Below, in pieces: positions 57,001-64,000 of a stretch of DNA of 64,000 nt. The stretch's first letter is position 1, and every line of letters begins with the position of its first letter. The stretch is from Gammaproteobacteria bacterium. Lineage in GTDB: Bacteria > Pseudomonadota > Gammaproteobacteria > SZUA-229. A model generated the notes under the pieces. It was not told the DNA's origin. It saw only the letters and a list, made by a program, of their open reading frames with translations, and searched no databases. The DNA lies in the NCBI GenBank assembly GCA_029881795.1, contig JAOULX010000014.1, positions 5,209-69,208 on the forward strand. The letters are read 5' to 3'. Both the position numbers and the translations under genes were made by a program.

Positions 57001-58434
57001 ATGCAGTGGGAAGTCGTAATCGGTCTGGAAATCCATGCCCAGTTGATGACCAACAGCAAAATATTTTCGGGTGCCTCGATCGCTTATGGCGCAGAGCCCA
57101 ACACCCAGGCTTGCGCAGTCGATCTGGGTCTGCCGGGCGTGTTGCCGGTACTGAATACAGAGGCTGTTCGTATGGCAGCGAAATTTGGCCTGGCGATCGG
57201 TGCTAATGTGTCGCGGCATTCGGTGTTTGCGCGTAAAAATTACTTTTATCCAGATTTACCCAAAGGTTATCAGATTAGTCAGATGGAATTGCCGATTGTA
57301 GAAACCGGTAAGCTGGAAATTGAATTAAAAGACGGCACAAAAAAAATAATTGGTGTGACCCGGGCTCATCTTGAAGAAGATGCCGGTAAATCGCTGCATG
57401 AAGATTACCAAGGCATGACCGGCATTGATTTGAATCGCGCCGGCACACCACTGCTGGAAATTGTATCCGAACCAGATATGCGGTCAGCTGAAGAAGCGGT
57501 AGCGTATATGCGAAAAATTCATTCTCTGGTGCAATATATCGGCATCTGTGACGGCAACATGGCAGAGGGTTCTTTTCGTTGTGATGCCAATGTTTCAGTG
57601 CGGCCAAAAGGCCAGCAGGAATACGGTACCCGCGCAGAGCTGAAAAATATCAACTCCTTCAAATTTGTCGAAAAAGCCATCAATATTGAAGTTGAGCGGC
57701 AGATAGAACTGATCGAAGATGGCGGCACTGTGGTTCAGGAAACGCGCTTATACGATGCTGATAAAAATGAAACCCGCTCGATGCGCTCAAAGGAAGAAGC
57801 CAACGACTACCGCTATTTCCCCGACCCGGACTTATTGCCGGTGGTGCTGGATGATGCCTATCTGGCCGCGGTTAAAGCAACCTTGCCTGAATTACCTGAT
57901 GTAAAGCGCGATCGTTTTATAGCACAGTACGGGCTGTCTTCAGTAGATGCCGGCATCCTCACGGTAAGCAGGGCGACGGCCGATTATTTTGAAAAAGCAG
58001 CTGAACTGTCAGCCGCAGCGAAACTGGCGGCTAACTGGGTCATGGGTGAAGTCAGTGCTTCGCTGAATAAAAATGACCTTGATATCAACAGCTGCCCGGT
58101 CACTGCCGAGATGCTGGCAGGTATGCTAAAACGCATTGAAGATAATACGATCTCAGGCAAAATCGCCAAAGAAGTGTTTGAAGCCATGTGGGCAGGCGAA
58201 GGTGACGCAGATGCCGTGATCGATAAAAAAGGCCTTAAACAGATTACCGACAGTTCCGCCATCGAAGCACTGGTGGATGAAGTGATAGCCAATAACCCGG
58301 CTCAGGCAGCCGAGTTTAAAGCCGGTAAAGAACAGCTGATGGGATTTTTTGTGGGCCAGATTATGAAGGCTTCGAAAGGCAAAGCAAATCCAGCTCAGGT
58401 TAATCAGCTACTGAAACAGAAACTAAGCAGTTAA
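57001..58434 (+). CDS. gatB: Asp/Glu-tRNA(Asn/Gln) amidotransferase subunit B
   Basis: [34 protein letters not shown]-terminal YqeY-like tail. Confidence 0.93.
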   Translation: MQWEVVIGLEIHAQLMTNSKIFSGASIAYGAEPNTQACAVDLGLPGVLPVLNTEAVRMAAKFGLAIGANVSRHSVFARKNYFYPDLPKGYQISQMELPIVETGKLEIELKDGTKKIIGVTRAHLEEDAGKSLHEDYQGMTGIDLNRAGTPLLEIVSEPDMRSAEEAVAYMRKIHSLVQYIGICDGNMAEGSFRCDANVSVRPKGQQEYGTRAELKNINSFKFVEKAINIEVERQIELIEDGGTVVQETRLYDADKNETRSMRSKEEANDYRYFPDPDLLPVVLDDAYLAAVKATLPELPDVKRDRFIAQYGLSSVDAGILTVSRATADYFEKAAELSAAAKLAANWVMGEVSASLNKNDLDINSCPVTAEMLAGMLKRIEDNTISGKIAKEVFEAMWAGEGDADAVIDKKGLKQITDSSAIEALVDEVIANNPAQAAEFKAGKEQLMGFFVGQIMKASKGKANPAQVNQLLKQKLSS

Positions 58435-58601
58435 TAGTCACTTAAGGAATGCCCTGGTGACAGAAAGCACCGGGCTCAGCAGCAAAATATCGCTTAAATG
58501 CTGAGCCATATTCAGTGCTTAATCGTCTGCTGGATAGACCGAGCAAAAACGGTTTTGTCATAAGAGCAGATCTCAGTTTTTTTCATAAGGTTTAACACGA
58601 T

Positions 58602-59474
58602 ATGCGTGATCGCGATTCATTACACCGTTTTATTATTGAAAACTCACGGGTCAGAGGTGAGCTTATTCATCTGGATGCCAGCTGGAAAGCCGTGTTAGAA
58701 AGAAATGAATACCCGGAACGTGTAAAAAAACAACTGGGTGATGCACTGGCTGCCGTGGCCTTGTTGTCAGCGACTATCAAGTACAAAGGGAAAATTATTC
58801 TGCAAATACGTGGTGATGGCCCGCTGCATTTTCTGGTAGTGCAGGCCACCTCAGATAACACCGTACGCGGTATCGCACGCTGGCAGTCAGAAGTGCCAGA
58901 AGGTGCGTTAAAAGAAGTGTTTGGGAATGCGACGATGGTGATCACCATCGAACCCGAGAAAGGTGAATCCTATCAGGGTATTGTTGAGCTGAAAGGTGAT
59001 GCCCTAGCAAACGGTATCGAAGCATATTTTCAACAATCAGAGCAGTTACCGACGCGTCTCTGGCTGGCATCAGATAATAATAGTTGTGCCGGATTTTTGT
59101 TGCAGGAATTACCCGGCGATCAAAACAACAGCGAAGACTGGGAGCATCATGAGCATCTGGCGGCAACGCTGCAAGATAACGAATTGTTAGAGCTGGGGCC
59201 GCAAGAGTTATTGCATCGTCTGTATCATGAAGAAAACGTGCGTTTATTTGATTCAGAAGTGTTCAGTTTTCGATGTGGCTGTTCGCGTCAGCGTATTGAT
59301 AAGATGTTACAGTCTCTTGGGTATCAAGAAGTCAATCAAACGCTGGAAGAAAATGCAGGCATCGTCGCTGTCGATTGTGAGTTCTGCAACGCACATTACG
59401 AATATGATGCGGTTGATGTTGATCAGCTGTTTGGTGCTGAGCATCAGCCAGAAGGGCCGACAACCTTACAATAA
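58602..59474 (+). CDS. hslO: redox-regulated chaperone Hsp33
   Basis: C-terminal zinc switch CGCSR...CEFCN. N-terminal RF.....VRGE...L. Confidence 0.9.
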   Translation: MRDRDSLHRFIIENSRVRGELIHLDASWKAVLERNEYPERVKKQLGDALAAVALLSATIKYKGKIILQIRGDGPLHFLVVQATSDNTVRGIARWQSEVPEGALKEVFGNATMVITIEPEKGESYQGIVELKGDALANGIEAYFQQSEQLPTRLWLASDNNSCAGFLLQELPGDQNNSEDWEHHEHLAATLQDNELLELGPQELLHRLYHEENVRLFDSEVFSFRCGCSRQRIDKMLQSLGYQEVNQTLEENAGIVAVDCEFCNAHYEYDAVDVDQLFGAEHQPEGPTTLQ

Positions 59475-59495
59475 GTGCCGGCAGTCGCGGAGTTA

Positions 59496-59660
59496 TCAGT
59501 GTTTGTTTAGTGTCGGGTAACGGCTGTCGGAGATCCCGGAGCTAATAGCAGATAGCTGTGAGTTACTGAGCTGATCGGATTGTGATTCAATAGAAAAGCC
59601 GGTTAAAGCGATAAGAATCACAAATAAGATGAGGTATTTTAAATCGACACTGTGTTGCAT
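59496..59660 (-). CDS. small secreted or membrane peptide (54 aa), below the ORF-track cutoff
   Basis: ATG 59660 is preceded by AAGGAG at optimal spacing. MQHSVDLKYLILFVILIALTGFSIESQSDQLSNSQLSAISSGISDSRYPTLNKH. Confidence 0.4.
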   Translation of the reverse strand: MQHSVDLKYLILFVILIALTGFSIESQSDQLSNSQLSAISSGISDSRYPTLNKH

Positions 59661-59708
59661 AACAGTTCTCCTTAAATTACATAGTGTTGAGCGGTACTCA
59701 ACAAAAAC

Positions 59709-59930
59709 TTATGCGCATTTCAACTGTTCTACTTCGTGAATCCACTCGGCTGAGTCCAGCAATTTTGGTGCGATCTGATCGAAGCGCCATTCCAGGTAAT
59801 CATGAAATAGCCGCCGAGCTTTTATTCGATCAGGATAAGTCCGAGTTTCTTTGTCATCGTTTCTTATCTCTTCTTCAAAGATTATTATCTCTTCGAAGAG
59901 TTCCAGTAATTCATCCATAGCTTTCACCAT
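59709..59930 (-). CDS. hypothetical small acidic protein
   Basis: 73-aa ORF with no confident family. Preceded by a duplicated CTAGCTAT motif. Confidence 0.4.
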   Translation of the reverse strand: MVKAMDELLELFEEIIIFEEEIRNDDKETRTYPDRIKARRLFHDYLEWRFDQIAPKLLDSAEWIHEVEQLKCA

Positions 59931-59941
59931 CTTTACTTAAT

Positions 59942-59961
59942 CTAGCTATCTTGCTAGCTAT
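59942..59961. promoter_or_regulatory. tandem CTAGCTAT motifs (each containing palindromic TAGCTA), 12-nt period
   Basis: CTAGCTAT cttg CTAGCTAT, 12-31 nt upstream of ATG 59930. Operator-like but no known regulator. Confidence 0.3.
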
Positions 59962-60153
59962 TATTAATAGGCATTCATGCCTGCTCCCTTCCATTGAGGA
60001 TAATTCTTTCTCAAGAATTACTTCACTGTGCTTATAGTATCGAACTGCTATGCGTCAGAGAAGACGCTGGGACTGATTATAATGTAGGATTTTTCGACTA
60101 GTTATGACAGACAAATCCTACAAATGTTACGAAAATGTAAATTTTCTGGACGG

Positions 60154-60582
60154 CTATAGAATAAGGTCGATAGGCTGTGCTGTATCGTCTTGAATTTTAT
60201 AGCCTTTTAGTTCCAATACACCGGTAGTGTTGAGGGATACGATAAGATAGATAGCATCGGGATAAGCGATTTTTTCAATGTCGGTTGCAGACGGAAAGGC
60301 GGCTGTTGACGGATGAGAGTGGTAAATCGCAAAAAGTTCAGCACCGTTGTGGCGGATCTCTTTCATGGCCTGAATGGTCTCTGACGGATCCATTTCAAAA
60401 AAGCAGCAAGGGTCTGAAGCGATATTGCTGACAGGAAATATTGCCAGTTCGTTAAGCGTGTTGCGACTGATTAAACCACAGATTTCCTGTTGATCTTTTG
60501 CCTGAGCCTGGGCCAGAATTTTATTAACCAGAGTTCGTGGTAATCGAATGCTTTGCATAGTGTTAAGGTTCTCAGAGTGCAT
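60154..60582 (-). CDS. JAMM/MPN+ (Mov34) metallopeptidase
   Basis: Complete JAMM motif: E in QQEICGL, then HSHPSTAAFPSATD (HxHx7Sx2D). Overlaps the moeB stop by 11 nt, or starts at Met9 (60558). Confidence 0.8.
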   Translation of the reverse strand: MHSENLNTMQSIRLPRTLVNKILAQAQAKDQQEICGLISRNTLNELAIFPVSNIASDPCCFFEMDPSETIQAMKEIRHNGAELFAIYHSHPSTAAFPSATDIEKIAYPDAIYLIVSLNTTGVLELKGYKIQDDTAQPIDLIL

Positions 60583-61330
60583 CAGTCTGGCTTGAGCAGA
60601 CCGGGCAGCTAGGGTCTTTTCGTAATTTCATTTTGCGCCATTCCATACTGAATGCATCGAAAATTAATAAATGGCCCTGCAGTGAGTTACCCACATGAGT
60701 CAGTACTTTAATCGCCTCAACGGCCTGCAGGCAGCCAATAGTACCGACTACTGGGCCTAAAATACCGTTTTCACTGCAGGTCGCTGCTTCGGTTTCAACT
60801 TCCTGGTACAGGCAGCGGTAGCAAGGGCCGTCATTATTTCTGAAATCATAAACACTGAGCTGTCCCTCCATACGAATCGCTGCGCCAGACACTAAAGGCG
60901 TTTTCAGCTTGAAACAACTTTGATTGATTTCAAAGCGGCTAGCAAAACTGTCAGTAGCATCAATCACAATATCGGCACTCTGAATCAGCGCATCGAGCTC
61001 GTCGCCGTGAAGCTGTCGATCTATGCAGTTATAACGGCTTTCAGGATTGATGTTTGTCAGTGTTTCTGTTGCCGACAAGGTTTTGTTTTTACCGATATTT
61101 TTAGTCTGATGAGCGATTTGTCTTTGCAGGTTGGTCAAATCAAGTTGATCATCATCAACCAATGTTAATTGACCAATGCCTGCAGCAGCTAGGTATAAAG
61201 CTGCTGGCGAGCCGAGTCCACCGAGCCCGATAATCACAACATGTGAGTCGAGTAATTGTTGTTGCCCTTCAATACCAATCTGTGGCACTAAAATTTGTCG
61301 GGCATAGCGTAAAAGTTGGTCGTCATTCAT
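60572..61330 (-). CDS. moeB: MoeB/ThiF-type E1-like adenylyltransferase
   Basis: RY.RQI....IG..GQ..L, GLGGLGSP nucleotide loop, zinc pairs CYRC and CPVC. Conserved position after prmC. Confidence 0.85.
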   Translation of the reverse strand: MNDDQLLRYARQILVPQIGIEGQQQLLDSHVVIIGLGGLGSPAALYLAAAGIGQLTLVDDDQLDLTNLQRQIAHQTKNIGKNKTLSATETLTNINPESRYNCIDRQLHGDELDALIQSADIVIDATDSFASRFEINQSCFKLKTPLVSGAAIRMEGQLSVYDFRNNDGPCYRCLYQEVETEAATCSENGILGPVVGTIGCLQAVEAIKVLTHVGNSLQGHLLIFDAFSMEWRKMKLRKDPSCPVCSSQTDAL

Positions 61331-61425
61331 CTTCAGAATGATACCAGATTATCGGCAGGAAGTCGGAAGTCGGTGGATTGTACAAGGCTAAATTGAGCAG
61401 AGACTTTATGATCTAAGACCGAAAC

Positions 61426-61833
61426 CTAAAGGTATTCGCGCCAGTGCTCTGGGCGTTCATCACGACAGCCATGTTCATGGTGGCAGTATTCGTTGATAAA
61501 GATGCGTTTGGTAAAGTCTTTGCAGTTTTGGGTGTAACCCAGGTTAGCTTGCTGGGTCTCTTCGCAATAATGATAAAGCGCACGGGTTAGCTTGTGTAGC
61601 AGGCTGTTGTCGATATGAAAACCGACATCGGCCAGCGCGTTTTCTAATACTTGCAGATTCAGAAACTGGATATCGTATTCAATACTTAAACATAGCGGGG
61701 TAATGTGATGGAGTTTGACAATGCCTTTAACATCGCTGAGCAATAACATGCAGCTAGCCGCCTGGTCGGGGTCAGGGTGCATATCGGAGAAGTGAATCAA
61801 CCGATGTTTAAGTGTGTCATCTTGAGTCGACAT
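61426..61833 (-). CDS. hypothetical protein with C-terminal Cys/His cluster
   Basis: 135 aa. C-terminus CKDFTKRIFINEYCHHEHGCRDERPEHW. Lies between prmC and moeB on the same strand. Confidence 0.5.
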   Translation of the reverse strand: MSTQDDTLKHRLIHFSDMHPDPDQAASCMLLLSDVKGIVKLHHITPLCLSIEYDIQFLNLQVLENALADVGFHIDNSLLHKLTRALYHYCEETQQANLGYTQNCKDFTKRIFINEYCHHEHGCRDERPEHWREYL

Positions 61834-61911
61834 GACTCTACGATATGCCTGTTTGGGGCCGATGGCAAGTAGCGAAATTCAAAATAAAGCGCTATCGCTT
61901 TTTAAGCGGTC

Positions 61912-62751
61912 TCAGGCATAGGAAGCCGCAGATAGCCGGGCATTGCCGGCATAGTCGTCTTTTTGTGTGATATGAGCAAAACCGGCTGACTGTAAAAGCT
62001 CAAAAATGACTGTTTTTTGATCGTAGCCATGTTCAAGTATCAGCCAGCCATTGGTTTGCAAATGTTGTTTTGCCTGGGCAATGAGCAGCCGGATATCGTC
62101 CAGCCCGTCATTACCTGAAGCCAGAGCGGTGAGTGGCTCAAAGCGCACATCGCCTTGTGTCAGATGAATATCGTCAGCTGCGATATAAGGCGGATTACTG
62201 ATGATAAGGTCGAAGCGGGATGCTGCCAGAGGCTGATACCAGTCTCCATTTTTAAAGACGATATTTGCAATACCCAGCCGTGCGGCATTTCTCTGTGCCA
62301 CCGCTAATGCGGCTGCGCTCTGATCGGTTGCGGTAATCTGCCATTGCGGATTCTCAGACGCCAGCGCCAGCGCAATCGCGCCGCTGCCGGTACCTAAGTC
62401 GGCTACTTTAAGCTGCTGCTGCGGAAACGCTTGCAATATAAATTCAATCAGAAGCTCGGTGTCGGGGCGTGGGATTAACGTGTGCTGATTGACTTCTAAA
62501 TCCAGCGACCAGAATTCACGGCGCCCCAGTATATGAGCCACAGGGTGGCCCTCGGCGCGCTGTGTTAAGACATTTTGAAACTGCTGAAGCTGCGCAGGGG
62601 TGAGTTCTTGTTCGCCAAAGGCGCGAAAATAGCTGCGGTTTTTTTCTAGTATGTCCGCCAGTAATACTTCGGCATCCAGTCTGGCCGATTCAGAAACAGC
62701 CGCCAGTTGCTGTTCGGCTTGTTGAAGTAGCGTCTGGATGCTGGCTGGCAT
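61912..62751 (-). CDS. prmC: release factor glutamine N5-methyltransferase
   Basis: DLGTGSGAIALA SAM loop and NPPY motif (ISNPPYI). Confidence 0.9.
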   Translation of the reverse strand: MPASIQTLLQQAEQQLAAVSESARLDAEVLLADILEKNRSYFRAFGEQELTPAQLQQFQNVLTQRAEGHPVAHILGRREFWSLDLEVNQHTLIPRPDTELLIEFILQAFPQQQLKVADLGTGSGAIALALASENPQWQITATDQSAAALAVAQRNAARLGIANIVFKNGDWYQPLAASRFDLIISNPPYIAADDIHLTQGDVRFEPLTALASGNDGLDDIRLLIAQAKQHLQTNGWLILEHGYDQKTVIFELLQSAGFAHITQKDDYAGNARLSAASYA

Positions 62752-62763
62752 AACTGTGCGGTC

Positions 62764-63858
62764 TTACTGAGTCTCAGCCAGACTGGCCAGCTGTTCGGCT
62801 TGGTATTCGTTGATCAGTGGATCAAGTACCTGTTCCATATGGCCCTGCATAACTTCATCAAGTTTATACAGCGTCAGGTTAATGCGGTGATCAGTGACCC
62901 GGCCTTGCGGAAAATTATAGGTACGAATACGGTCAGAGCGGTCACCGGTGCCAACCAGTGACTTACGGGTCTGTGCCTGCTCTTTTTGCTGTTTTTCAAT
63001 TTCAATATTATTGATGCGGGCCTTTAATAAGGACATAGCCCGGGCGCGGTTTTTATGCTGAGAGCGTTCATCCTGACATTCCACAACAATACCGGTAGGT
63101 AAATGCGTTAAGCGAATCGCCGAGTCGGTTTTGTTAACGTGCTGACCACCTGCCCCCGAAGCACGAAAGGTGTCAACCCGAAGCTCAGACGGATTGATTT
63201 CATCAACCTGCTCAACTTCATCTGGTTCCGGCATCACCACAACGGTAGCGGCAGAGGTATGAACCCGGCCCTGTGATTCGGTTTCGGGAACACGCTGAAC
63301 ACGGTGTGCGCCGGATTCGAATTTCAGTTTTGAATAAGCACCGGTACCGATTATCTTGGCAATAATTTCTTTATAACCGCCGTGCTCGCCCTCGTTTTCA
63401 TTGAGGATTTCAACCTGCCAGCGATTAATTTCGGCATAACGCGAATACATCCGAAATAAATTGCCGGCAAAAATCGCGGCTTCATCACCGCCGGTTCCGG
63501 CCCGCACTTCTAGGAAGATATTGCTGTTGTCGTGCGGGTCTTTGGGTAATAGCAGTTTCTGCAGCTCAAGCGATAAAGACTCAATGCGTTGTTCGGCATC
63601 TTTCAGTTCATCAACGGCCATTTCACGCATCTCAGGGTCGCTGTCCTTGATCATTTCTTTGGCGCTGGCAAGGTCTTTGATAGCCGTCTGGTAACTCTTG
63701 AAACTGACAACTACCGGCTCGAGCTGGGAATATTCAACCGACAATGCACGAAACTGATTCTGATCAGTAATGATATCTGGCTGGGTCATCAGCACCCCGA
63801 CTTCTTCGTGGCGCTCGATCAGATTTTCCAGTTTTCTTAATATCGAATCTTTTAACAC
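62764..63858 (-). CDS. prfA: peptide chain release factor 1
   Basis: PxT tripeptide anticodon region, GGQHVNKT (GGQ) motif, 364 aa. Confidence 0.95.
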   Translation of the reverse strand: MLKDSILRKLENLIERHEEVGVLMTQPDIITDQNQFRALSVEYSQLEPVVVSFKSYQTAIKDLASAKEMIKDSDPEMREMAVDELKDAEQRIESLSLELQKLLLPKDPHDNSNIFLEVRAGTGGDEAAIFAGNLFRMYSRYAEINRWQVEILNENEGEHGGYKEIIAKIIGTGAYSKLKFESGAHRVQRVPETESQGRVHTSAATVVVMPEPDEVEQVDEINPSELRVDTFRASGAGGQHVNKTDSAIRLTHLPTGIVVECQDERSQHKNRARAMSLLKARINNIEIEKQQKEQAQTRKSLVGTGDRSDRIRTYNFPQGRVTDHRINLTLYKLDEVMQGHMEQVLDPLINEYQAEQLASLAETQ

Positions 63859-63889
63859 AGTGCTTTCTCAAATAGAGTGACAGGGATAT

Positions 63890-64000
63890 TTATGAGTTTT
63901 TTTTACGATTTAAAAACAATTTCCTGGCGACCTGAATGGTAACTTTATCGCCTCGTTTTCCGGCTTCGCGTAACTGAGTGGTTGGCCGGTGCAAAAATTT
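63890..64000 (-). CDS. hemA: glutamyl-tRNA reductase, 3' end only (cut by window edge)
   Basis: Minus-strand frame from nt 64000 reads KFLHRPTTQLREAGKRGDKVTIQVARKLFLNRKKNS-stop. The NK(F/L)LH.PT pattern and its position upstream of prfA fit the HemA C-terminus. Confidence 0.55.
   Translation of the reverse strand, partial: KFLHRPTTQLREAGKRGDKVTIQVARKLFLNRKKNS

Noticed and set aside
60154-61330. E1 plus JAMM as a CBASS type II (Cap2/Cap3) or Bil-type ubiquitin-like antiphage module.
   Set aside because: The window has no CD-NTase, E2 domain, effector or Ubl gene. The E1 is a standard 252-aa MoeB sitting in the conserved prmC-moeB housekeeping context.

Overview
This window looks like a core-chromosome segment of a moderately AT-rich gammaproteobacterium. 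From memory, the gene order resembles Pseudomonas/Oceanospirillales-type chromosomes: hemA-prfA-prmC-moeB, mreBCD divergent from gatCAB, and mrdA-rodA-mltB-rlpA-PBP5-ybeD-lipB-lipA. I can support about 80 protein-coding genes. I saw no rRNA, tRNA, CRISPR array, transposase, integrase or phage gene, so nothing here looks like a classical mobile or defence island.

Main themes:
- Cell wall growth and recycling: mrdA, rodA, mltB, rlpA, PBP5, a class IV transaminase, a LysM protein, amgK-murU, ampD-ampE, mreBCD.
- Translation: gatCAB, prfA, prmC, rluA-like, rnd.
- Redox: msrB, three thioredoxin-fold proteins, hslO.
- Metals: Fur-boxed fbpABC, a COG0523 GTPase, arsR-arsM.
- c-di-GMP signalling: two HD-GYP proteins, PilZ, DUF1631.

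No single clear-cut new system emerged. The best candidates for something undescribed are:
1. An adenylate kinase fused to a ~247-residue lysine/alanine/proline-rich tail.
2. A MoeB-type E1 translationally coupled to an intact JAMM peptidase, with no ubiquitin-like partner in view.
3. A degenerate MoxR-like pseudo-ATPase, a 120-aa unknown and a CheY-like receiver, sitting where maf/rng normally follow mreD.
4. An orphan two-gene operon upstream of an HD-GYP/PilZ/DUF1631 cluster.
5. An HTH-less LexA/UmuD-like S24 peptidase behind a perfect palindrome.
6. A double-LysM protein fused to a putative outer-membrane barrel.

All family calls come from motifs read by eye. No searches were run.
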